Under the pieces are notes generated by a model. That model saw only the letters and a program-made list of their open reading frames with translations. It did no database searches and was not told where the DNA came from. A stretch of DNA of 15,977 nucleotides, taken from Fonticula alba ATCC 38817 (taxonomy: Eukaryota; Protista; Nucleariida). Location: NCBI GenBank assembly GCA_000388065.2, contig KB932208.1. The stretch is one strand, 5' to 3'. A program made the translations under genes and the position numbers. Shown here in pieces: positions 1 through 9,622 of the stretch (position 1 is the first letter of the stretch; the number at the start of each line of letters is the position of its first letter).

Positions 1-169
1 GGGGAGGGCCGCCGATCGGGACCACGGCGGGCAAACCGGGGCCGCGGAAGTACAGCGGCCTGTGGGCGCGGGAATCTCGCCACACCCACGCACACACGCA
101 TGCATGCAGCCGGGGCCGGCCTGTTTGCGAGCGCCCGGCGAATCACCAAGACGCCCCGTCCTCAGGAGG

Positions 170-208
170 AGCCAATGGCCGGGGCCGCACCTCCACACGG
201 CCAATCGC
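170..208 (+). promoter_or_regulatory. Tandem CCAAT boxes, candidate NF-Y/CBF sites
   Basis: agCCAATgg (core 172-176) and ggCCAATcg (core 201-205) both fit the RRCCAATSR consensus, are 29 bp apart, and lie in non-coding GC-rich DNA. The target gene is unknown. Confidence 0.35.
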
Positions 209-797
209 GTGGCCCGGCAGTGGGGGGGGGGGGGATGATGTGCGGCATGTCGCCCACGGCCAGCCTCTGGCCCAGCCCTTGGACCTGGCTCGCGCCTCAA
301 TGCGGGCCAGGAGAGGGGCCCTCTTTTGGGCGGGCCTAGCGCCTTGCGGGCGCCCGCGGGCGGCGCCCCTGCTTCATAGTCCCCGCCCCGTCCCCTTCCC
401 CTTTCCCAGCTCCCCCGCCTACATTGCGCCCTCCTGCTCCAGCACCTGCGCACCTTCCCTGCCCGTCCCTGGCGCCCCCGTCCTTTCGTGGCTGGTTCGT
501 GCCCCCCCGCCCCCCACACGCCCCCCACTCACCTCTCGCCCTGTTTTGGCGCGCCAGCACATTGTGAACGCGCGCACGCACGAACGCACGCACGCGCGCC
601 TACACCAAAAAAAAAAAAGACCGAGAGCGACAGAGATAGAAAGACAGCGAAAGAGCGAGTGTTCGCACGATCGTGGCCGTGGCCGCGCAACCGCGACCAC
701 GACCGCGACTGCAACTGTGGCTGCGTCTCTGCTCCTCAGGGGAGGGCTGGTCTTCATGTGAAGTTGTGATCTAACAGATCGTCTCCCCCTCGCCCCC

Positions 798-1203
798 NNN
801 NNNNNNNNNNNNNNNNNNNNNNNNNNNNNNNNNNNNNNNNNNNNNNNNNNNNNNNNNNNNNNNNNNNNNNNNNNNNNNNNNNNNNNNNNNNNNNNNNNNN
901 NNNNNNNNNNNNNNNNNNNNNNNNNNNNNNNNNNNNNNNNNNNNNNNNNNNNNNNNNNNNNNNNNNNNNNNNNNNNNNNNNNNNNNNNNNNNNNNNNNNN
1001 NNNNNNNNNNNNNNNNNNNNNNNNNNNNNNNNNNNNNNNNNNNNNNNNNNNNNNNNNNNNNNNNNNNNNNNNNNNNNNNNNNNNNNNNNNNNNNNNNNNN
1101 NNNNNNNNNNNNNNNNNNNNNNNNNNNNNNNNNNNNNNNNNNNNNNNNNNNNNNNNNNNNNNNNNNNNNNNNNNNNNNNNNNNNNNNNNNNNNNNNNNNN
1201 NNN
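798..1203. other. Assembly gap (406 N); further gaps at 2401-2410, 4180-4769, 8435-8629 and 13742-14158
   Basis: N runs, most of them abutting or close to C/G runs or (GA)n repeats. Confidence 0.99.
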
Positions 1204-1278
1204 CCCCCCCCCCCCCCCTCCCGCCTCTTCGCACACGTGTGCGTGTCTCCGTGCGGCTCGACCCACTCCCTGTCCGCA

Positions 1279-2944
1279 ATGACCCTCCCGGCCGCTGTGT
1301 CTCGCTCGCTGTCGGCGTCCTCCTCGCGTGGCAGCCTCCTGCTCTCCAAATCGCCACGCCCCCTAAGCCCGGCTCTTCTGCAGGCCGTCGGCGCCGCGCC
1401 CACCTCCCCCTCGACCTCGCCTCCCGCGCGGTCTTTCTCCACCTCGAGCCTTCGTCCAGGCGCCTCTCTGCCGCCCTCGCCGCCGATCTCTCCGCCGGCC
1501 TCCCCCACCCCGCGGGCCGCACGCCACCTCGTGTCGCCCATCCCCACGCCGCCGGGCCCGACCGTCGCCGCACATCTTCACTCCTCGGCCGCCGCCGCCG
1601 CCGCCGCCGCCGCGACTCCCACCACCAGCCGCCGGCAATACTCGGCCACCGCCTCCCCGGCCTCCTCTCCCGCCGCCCGGTCGCCAGGGCAGCCCTCCGC
1701 CGCCGACATTGAGGCCGAAATCCGCAACGTCTCGGATTTCCAACGGACTTTGCCATTCTTCAGCTCGCCATTCCTGCGGCGCGTCCGCGGTAAGATGTCC
1801 TCCAACCCCAAAATGAACCCGGAGGTCTTTGAGGCCACCCTGGAAAAGCTGTCCAAGATGCTCATCACCCAAACCCCGGCCCAGTGCCGTGAGTATCTGG
1901 AGCAGGCCAATGGTGACCTGGCCATCGCGGTGCAGCTGTACAAGAGCCAATCGCCGCACTTTGCCTCCAAACGCCAGGCATCCACCCGCCGGCGCCGGGG
2001 CGGTGCTGTTGCCTCGGCCGAGCCCGCCGAAAACACCTGCCGCGAGCTGGCCCAGGTCCGCCGGCCGGCGGCCTCCTCCAACTCGGACCTCGGGTCCATC
2101 TGCTACTACGACCTGCTGGGCATCGAGCGGACCGCCTCCGACAAGGAAATCCGCAACGCCTTCCGCAAGCTGTCGCTCCTGCATCACCCGGACAAGCGCC
2201 AGGCCAACCCGGACGGCAGCGATGTCATGTACCAGCTCATCCACGACGCGTATCAAGTCCTGTCTGACGCCCGGACCCGGGCCCTGTACGACAAGTATGG
2301 CCGGCGCTTCTCCTCGAGCCTGATCGACATCTTTGAGAGCCACAAGGAGGGCCTCTCCAATCTGTTTGGCGGCGAGCGTTTCAAGGTGCGCGCCTTGGCC
2401 NNNNNNNNNNTTTGAGAGCCACAAGGAGGGCCTCTCCAATCTGTCTTCCGGGGCGCGAGTCAAGGTGCCCGACCCCGCCCCCCCCCCCCCCCCCCCCCCC
2501 CCGCAAAAGCACCCCGGTGCCGCTGTCTCCCCGCGGCGGCTCCCTCTGGGCGCTTTTTTTTTTTGCCGCCCCTCCCTCTCTTTCCCTCTCCTCCCCTGAC
2601 ATCATCTGACCACCGGCGGTTGTTGCCCCGTCTCCTGGCCTTTTCCTGTCCCCTCCCCCCCCCCCTCCCCCCAGCCCTACTTTGGTGACCTCAGCTGGGT
2701 CCATGCGTTCGCCGCTGAGATGTCCGGTCTGGAGCTGAATCTCGACGATGACAATGACCCGACCAACCCGTCCTCGAGCGCGCGCATCCGCGAGCGCACC
2801 GAGAGTGTGCGGGACCACCTGCTGGAGTTCATCGATCCCTACGTCCAGACACGTGCGTCCACTCCTGCATGCATGCGCTCCGCGCACAATCCCCGCCCCC
2901 TCGCCGGCCCAGGCACACGCTAACACATGCGCGAAAACACACGC

Positions 2945-2996
<52 letters not shown>

Positions 2997-3943
2997 CGCC
3001 AATGGCGCCAACAACCTCTGATGCGGTCTTGGGCCTTCTTGCTGGCCCTCCCCTCCCCAGGCGATGCGGAGTCCTTCCGCAAGCATGTCACCCAGGAGAT
3101 GGAGGCCCTGCGCATGAGTCCCAACGGGCCACTCCTCCTGCGCAGCCTGGGCAAGGTGTACCTCGAGGCCGGTAACCAGATGGCCGTCCTTCGGCGTCGG
3201 TTCGGCATCCTCCGGTTCCTGGGCCAGGGCTTGAAGCGCATGTCCATTGGCGTCGGTGAAACCATCCGCTTTGCCACCCTCCAGTCCTCCGTCTACAAGA
3301 CTATGACCGAGCTGGAGCAGGCCACCAAGGCCGACCTTCCGGACAAGGAACTCATTGATCTGCTGTCGAAGCGTTCGGCCGAGCGTGGTGCGTCTCAATC
3401 ACACACACGCACACACGCACACACGCACACACGCACACACGCACACACACGCACACACATCCCGCGGGGCTGGGAGTGCCCCTCTCCTTCGCCATTTGTT
3501 TGTGTGTTTGTGTGTGTGTGTGCGCGCGCGCGCGCGGGAGGGTCTGTGTGCATGTCACATTCATGATCCCGCCCTTTCAGCGCATGAGCTTCATTAGCTG
3601 ACCTCCCCTCTTTATGCCCGACATCGGCCTCTTCTTTTTTTTTTTCCCGTGCCGGTGCTCCTGCTCGCACGTGGTGGACGACCCAGGCTATGCCCTGCTC
3701 ACTGCGCTTACGGCTCGTGAAATCCGGGTGATCGTGGCCGAGTCGCTCGAGGACATTTTCGCCGTCCCCGATGTGGACCTCAAGGATCCGGACGCCTGGA
3801 AGGACAAGGACCCGATGGAGGAAATCCACCATCGCGTGGACGCCATCCTCATCATGGGCGAGATCTTCTCCTCGGCCAAGCCGGTCCCCGGCCAATCGGA
3901 GTATGACAACCCCTTCGCCTTCACCGAGGACGACGACGAGTAA
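1279..3943 (+). CDS. DnaJ/Hsp40 co-chaperone, Djp1/Caj1-like (J domain + DnaJ-X domain) with N-terminal extension and UBA-like segment; about 622 aa; exons 1279-2385, 2675-2852, 3061-3387, 3687-3943
   Basis: J domain YYDLLGIERTASDKEIRNAFRKLSLLHHPDK...YQVLSDARTRALYDKYG at 2101-2301, HPD at 2185-2193. Splicing at GT-AG sites 2386/2674, 2853/3060 and 3388/3686 joins LFGGERFK|PYFGDLSW, resembling the Djp1-family FGG..F..yiGeL motif. It also restores DnaJ-X-like helices (LLRSLGKVY; EIRVIVAESL; RVDAILIMGEIF). Exon sum 1869 nt; stop TAA 3941-3943. Start is uncertain (ATG 1279 vs ATG 1795). Intron 1 contains a 10-N gap. Confidence 0.88.
2411..2470 (+). other. Assembly-artefact duplication of the end of DnaJ exon 1
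   Basis: 2411-2444 is an exact 34-nt copy of 2332-2365. It continues as a degraded copy of the exon end and donor, sits directly after a 10-N gap (2401-2410) and precedes a C25 run (2478-2502). Confidence 0.75.
2950..2995 (+). repeat. (CA)23 microsatellite in DnaJ intron 2
   Basis: Direct reading of the sequence. Confidence 0.95.
3400..3459 (+). repeat. (GCACACAC)n 8-mer compound repeat, about 7 units, in DnaJ intron 3
   Basis: Direct reading: acacacacgc acacacgc acacacgc ... Confidence 0.9.
3509..3536 (+). repeat. (TG)7(CG)7 alternating purine-pyrimidine tract in DnaJ intron 3
   Basis: Direct reading: tgtgtgtgtgtgtg cgcgcgcgcgcgcg. Confidence 0.9.
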
Positions 3944-4140
3944 GGCCGCGTGAAGCCGCGCGCGCGCATTCCCCACCACGGGGGGCATGGCTGGCCACAT
4001 CCTGTCCCCGCCCCCCCCCCCCTCCCTCCCCCACCTTCACAAACACATGCGTCCTTGCGGGCGGGCACGCACCGCCTCGTGCAGCGCATGCCGCCTTGCC
4101 ACACACCGGGAGAAGCACGCCGTCCTCCAGGGGAGCACGC

Positions 4141-4143
<3 letters not shown>

Positions 4144-4179
<36 letters not shown>
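4144..4179 (+). repeat. (AG)18+ microsatellite running into an assembly gap
   Basis: Direct reading; truncated by the N gap at 4180. Confidence 0.95.
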
Positions 4180-5233
4180 NNNNNNNNNNNNNNNNNNNNN
4201 NNNNNNNNNNNNNNNNNNNNNNNNNNNNNNNNNNNNNNNNNNNNNNNNNNNNNNNNNNNNNNNNNNNNNNNNNNNNNNNNNNNNNNNNNNNNNNNNNNNN
4301 NNNNNNNNNNNNNNNNNNNNNNNNNNNNNNNNNNNNNNNNNNNNNNNNNNNNNNNNNNNNNNNNNNNNNNNNNNNNNNNNNNNNNNNNNNNNNNNNNNNN
4401 NNNNNNNNNNNNNNNNNNNNNNNNNNNNNNNNNNNNNNNNNNNNNNNNNNNNNNNNNNNNNNNNNNNNNNNNNNNNNNNNNNNNNNNNNNNNNNNNNNNN
4501 NNNNNNNNNNNNNNNNNNNNNNNNNNNNNNNNNNNNNNNNNNNNNNNNNNNNNNNNNNNNNNNNNNNNNNNNNNNNNNNNNNNNNNNNNNNNNNNNNNNN
4601 NNNNNNNNNNNNNNNNNNNNNNNNNNNNNNNNNNNNNNNNNNNNNNNNNNNNNNNNNNNNNNNNNNNNNNNNNNNNNNNNNNNNNNNNNNNNNNNNNNNN
4701 NNNNNNNNNNNNNNNNNNNNNNNNNNNNNNNNNNNNNNNNNNNNNNNNNNNNNNNNNNNNNNNNNNNNNGGCGGTGGCCGTTCGTTGGCAGAGCCGGCAC
4801 TAGCGTTTGCCCCGGCCCTGGACCTGGTCTACAACACCGAAGGGGGGCGAGTGACACCGATCAGCCCGGGGCGGGGGCCGAGCCGCGCCCCGGCCCCTGT
4901 GTCTTGTTTGTCCAGCGCGCGCCCCGTCGGATGGCGGGAGCGTGACTGGCGGCAGTCATGTCCTGGGGCAATTCTCTCTTTTCTTTTCCTCTGGTCCCCC
5001 CGGCGGCGTCCGAGCACAGCCAGGCCCCTCGGCTGGGGCTAGTGCGCGATCCTCGCCCCCCCCCCCCCCCCTCCCCAGACAGCGCTCCATCTGTCACCCG
5101 GGGTTGCCCGCAGGGTGTTCCCTTTTTCTGGGCCGGCGCCCGGGCTGCTCCCGGCACAGCCTGGGCGGCAGGAACTTCCGCCTTCCGCCTTCCCCCTGCT
5201 CCCGCCCCCCCCCCCTGGCCAAGCATACACCCG

Positions 5234-5894
5234 ATGGCCCTCTGCCGTCTTCGCGTAGTAGCCCTCTCACCAGCTCGCCTCCTTGTCTCCCGCCCGGCTG
5301 CCTCGTCGTCTGTGCGCCCGCAAATCCGGTCTCTCTCCACCCTCGCCACCCCGCGGCTGCTCTCCCAGCTGCAGCAACAGCAACAACAGCAACGGCAACA
5401 CCTGCCAGCCAGCTGGCCACCCATCTGCCCCGGCTTCCCGACCGCCTCCCAAGTCCGCCACTTCGCCTCCCTGCCCACGATGTCCTCTTCCAAGGCCTCC
5501 ACCACGCAGAAGCTCGGTGCCCTGCGCGAGCTCATGCGCGGCCTGTCCGTCCACGCTGTGGTCATCCCTAGCGAGGATGCGCATCAGGTGCATTCTGCTC
5601 TGGCCTTCTTTCCTCTTTCCCCGGCCCTCTGACCGTGGCGATCTGACATGCTGACCGCCCGGGCCATGCCCCTTGTCCCGGCCACTTGGCCCGCACTGTG
5701 GCAGTCCGAATACCTGGCCCCGGTCGACGAGCGGCGGGCCTACATCTCCGGCTTTACCGGGTCTGCCGGCTTCGCGGTGGTCACCCTTGATGCGGCTGCC
5801 CTCTGGACGGATGCCCGCTATTTCCTGCAGGCCGAGGGTGCGCGCACGAGCATCCAACTATCTGTCCGATGTATTCGCGGCAAACACGCGCGCA

Positions 5895-5949
<55 letters not shown>

Positions 5950-8011
5950 CTGCCCCGCCATTGACACCACGCGCCTGTCACAGCCGAGCTTGATGACAAC
6001 TGGACCCTCATGAAGCAGGGCATGCCCGGGGTCCTGTCTCGGGCCGAGTGGCTCGCCGAGCGCCTGTCCCCCAATTCGGTGGTTGGTGCGTCTGCATCGG
6101 GGGGTGCACACGCGCGGCGCATTCGCAGGGGGAGGCCATCCCGTCGCCGGGTGCTGACAGTTCCCCTCTCTAGGCGTCGATCCGGCTCACATCACCGCCT
6201 CCGCGGCTCGGACCCTTGCGGCTGAGCTGGCTGCCAAGGGTCATCGCCTGGTGTCGCTGGAGCAAAACCTCGTTGACCAAGTTCGCCAGGCGGCCGGTGA
6301 GGCTCCTCCCGGCGGCTTCACGGCCCCCCTGCGTGTCCTGCCGGATAGCCTGGCCGGGCGCGCTGTTGCCGATAAACTGGCCGACCTGCGGGCCAAGATC
6401 CAAGCCAAAAATTGCCGGGCCATCGTCATCACCGCCCTGGACGAGGTGGCCTGGCTGTTCAACCTGCGTGGCGATGATGTCCCCTATAACCCGGTGTTTT
6501 TTGCCTTCGGTGCGTGCCGAAGCTCGGTCTGCCCGCGCTCTTTCGCCCCCGGCCCTGCGATCTATCGCGCTGACTCCCCGGCGCATGCATGCCCCCTTCT
6601 GCTTTCTCGGGCCTGTCGCCCTCTTGCCATGTGTGTGCGCGCCCCCCGCCCCTCCGCCCTCCCCTTTGTCCCATGTGTAGCTCTTGTCACCGCCTCCTCG
6701 GCCGTGCTCTTCACGAATGTGTCGCGCATCGATGCCGAGATCCATGCGCACCTGGCGGCGGCCGGCGCGACGGTGGCCCCGTATGACGCCTTTGCCGGGC
6801 ATCTGCGCGACCTGCGCACCGAACTCGAGGCCGACGTGGCCGCGGCCCTCCGGCGCCTGGAGGAGGAGGCCCCCGGCCCCGAGCATGTCGATGAGTTTGC
6901 CCCAGCCGGGCAGACCCCCGAGCAGGCCCGCAGCCAGCAGGCCCGTGGCCAGGTGGCCAAGGTGTGGCTCGGGCAGAATGCCAGCTGGCAGGTGGCACGC
7001 ATCCTGTCGCCGGAGCTGTGCCACATCCACACGACCCCGGTGTGTGCGGCCAAGGCCGTGAAGAATGCCGCCGAGCTGCAGGCCGTGGCCGAGGCCCACC
7101 TGGTCGATGCGGTGGCCCTCTGCCGGTTCTTCGCCTGGCTGGAGGAGGCCTTCCGCACGGCGGCCACCGCCGGCGGCGGGGCCGGCCACGCGTGCACCCT
7201 GCCCACGGAGACCGAGGCGGCTGCCCAGCTGGAAACCTTCCGCCGCATGCACCCGACCTATCGCGGGCCCTCCTTCAGCACCATCTCCGGCACCGGGCCC
7301 AATGGTGCGGTGGTGCACTACTCGGCCCGGCCCGGGGCCGACCGGCGCCTCAGCCTGGCCGAGGTGTTCCTGTGTGACAGCGGCGGCCAGTATGACGAGG
7401 GGACGACCGACGTCACGCGGACCTTCTTCTTTGGCGGCCTGGCCGGCACTCCGCCCCCGGCCCTGGCCCGGGAGGCCTACACCCGGGTGCTGCGCGGCGC
7501 CCTGGCCCTGGAGCGCCTGGTTTTCCCGGCCACCGGTGTGTCCGGCTTCCAGGTGGATGCCCTGGCTCGGAGCCCGCTCTGGCAGGCGGGGCTGGACTAT
7601 CGCCATGGCACCGGGCACGGTGTCGGGGCCGGGCTCTGCGTGCATGAGGGCCCGCATGGGATTGGCCCGCGCCAGGCATATGGCGACACCCCCCTGGCCG
7701 AGGGGATGCTGGTGACCAACGAGCCGGGCTACTATCACGATGGGTCGTTCGGCATTCGCATTGAGAATGTCCTGCGCATCCACCGGGCCACGCCGGCCAA
7801 CAACTTCGGCAACACCGGCTTCCTGGCCTTCGAGCCGCTGACTCTGGTCCCGGTGCAGCGCGACCTCCTGATCCTGGAGCAGCTGTCTCCGGAAGAGCGC
7901 TCCCACCTGAATGCCTACCACCTCCGGTGCCGGGAGGAAGTGGGCGCGCGCTTCGCCGATCGCTCTTGCCCCGGGTACCGGTGGCTCATGGAGCAGACCG
8001 TGCCGATCTGA
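5234..8011 (+). CDS. XPNPEP1: Xaa-Pro aminopeptidase P1-type (peptidase M24B), about 751 aa including an 82-aa presequence-like leader; exons 5234-5587, 5705-5837, 5984-6085, 6174-6509, 6681-8011
   Basis: Spliced junctions restore family motifs SEDAHQ|[24 protein letters not shown]|GVDP and [14 protein letters not shown]. Catalytic-domain motifs [65 protein letters not shown] and C-terminal WL..QTVPI are present. Exon sum 2256 nt; stop TGA 8009-8011. Confidence 0.95.
5899..5948 (+). repeat. (CA)25 microsatellite in aminopeptidase intron 2
   Basis: Direct reading. Confidence 0.95.
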
Positions 8012-8788
8012 AATCCGGGCAACGAGAAAGAAGGGGCAAAAAAGCCCGAAGGAAAGCCACGGCTCACCAGGGAGAGACAGCGCGCCCCCCGAGCGCCCTT
8101 TCCAGGCCACAGGGCACAGTGGCGAGGACCGGCGTCCGAGGCAGAAAAAAAAGGGCCCGGGCTGCCGGGGCGCCCAGTCACGCCCCGCCTCGCAAAGACC
8201 TCGTGACTGTGTTCGTGATCCGGGGGAGTTGGCAACCGCCCCCAGCCAGCCGGCGCATGCGTGTCCCTCTGGCGGCAGGGGCCCCCGCACGGTCGGGGTC
8301 CCCACTGGCGGGCCCCGGCCACGCTTCTGTTGACTAGTCGGATAACAATGTATAAAAAAAAAACCAGCGTGTGCCTAAAAAACAGGACGGAGCTCCTCTT
8401 TCGTGCGTTGGGGGGCGAGGACGGCGGGGGGGGGNNNNNNNNNNNNNNNNNNNNNNNNNNNNNNNNNNNNNNNNNNNNNNNNNNNNNNNNNNNNNNNNNN
8501 NNNNNNNNNNNNNNNNNNNNNNNNNNNNNNNNNNNNNNNNNNNNNNNNNNNNNNNNNNNNNNNNNNNNNNNNNNNNNNNNNNNNNNNNNNNNNNNNNNNN
8601 NNNNNNNNNNNNNNNNNNNNNNNNNNNNNTGCCCTGCATGTGGCTGCTTCTTCGCCGCCCCCCCGCTCCTCTTTGTCAATCCGCCAGCCGGTCTGACCCC
8701 TTTTCCTGTAGCTAGAGACAGGATCTACCCTCTTCCCCCCCCCCCCCCCCCCCCTGCGCCGCACTCCCCCTGCCAGTACCAGCCCACC

Positions 8789-9582
8789 ATGTCCCCGTCG
8801 GTTGATTCGCCCCTCTTCGAGATCGTGGGCGGTGTGGATGACCTGCATGTTCACCTGCGCACGCCGCCCTTCAACACGGAGATCCTGGCTCGCCTGGCCC
8901 GGGCCGGCGGCGCTGGCCGTGTGCTAGTCATGCCGAACCTCGAGCGGCCAGTCACCGGGGCCTCGCGCGCGACCGCCTACCGGCGCGCCATCAACCGTGC
9001 CGAGCCGCGCCTGGACGCCCTGATGACGCTCTACTTCACCGAGGGCCTGACGCCTGCCGATGTGGAGACCGCGGCCCGGGAGGGTGTCACTGGTGCGCCC
9101 CCCCCCCCTTTTTCGCCCCCGGTCGGCCACCAATTGCGCTAGCCGGCTTGGCCGCCCCCTCTCCATCCCTCGCCGCCGCCGCCGCCACCGCTCATCTGCC
9201 ATGCTAATGTCCCTCCCCCCCCCCCTCCTCCCCTCCTGTGTGTGGGCTGATCCGCTCCGCCGGCCAGCCATCAAGCTCTATCCTGCCGGCGCGACGATGA
9301 ACTCCGCATACGGCGTCAGCCTCAGCCGGCTGGCTACCATGGCCCCGGTTCTGGCGGCCATGGAGAAGCATGGTCTGATCCTGTGCATCCATGGGGAGAT
9401 TCCGCCCGGCGAGGCGGTTCCCGTTCGCACGGGCTGGGAGACCGCGTCCGAGCTGGCCACCGCCGGCAACGCGGCCACCGCCACCTCGTCCGATCCGTTT
9501 GACGCGGCTCTTCTCAAGGAACTGATCGAAGCTGAGGTGTGTCCTGGACGTCCTTTTTTCCCCCTTCTGTCCCCGGCCTGGT

Positions 9583-9622
<40 letters not shown>

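Noticed and set aside
600-668. Intron-like minus-strand stretch GTGCGA...T12GGTGTAG next to an RS-like frame (529-714)
   Set aside because: Flanks do not form credible exons, and the local skew suggests + rather than - transcription.
1889-1894. Canonical GTGAGT donor-like hexamer (and GTAAGA at 1790) inside DnaJ exon 1
   Set aside because: The downstream sequence is open, codon-like and lacks the C-rich/branch-point character of real introns here. Splicing would disrupt the UBA-like segment. Not fully excludable without RNA-seq.
2411-2470. Apparent duplicated or mutually exclusive exon end in the DnaJ gene
   Set aside because: It begins exactly at a 10-N gap, has no acceptor of its own, and degrades toward a C25 run like a low-quality read end. 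Best explained as an unmerged contig overlap.
419-4945. Long ORFs containing X runs (also 7915-8854 and 13500-14714)
   Set aside because: They exist only because N gaps contain no stop codons.
6170-8305. 711-aa antisense ORF, and similar long opposite-strand or alternate-frame ORFs such as 1363-2463, 9204-10517 and 11988-13160
   Set aside because: Shadows of GC3-rich coding sequence on the other strand, with no recognisable motifs.
8340-8365. AT-rich tract ataacaatgtataaaaaaaaaa as a TATA box or poly(A) signal
   Set aside because: Could serve either flanking gene, but the adjacent gap and lack of transcript data leave it unsupported.
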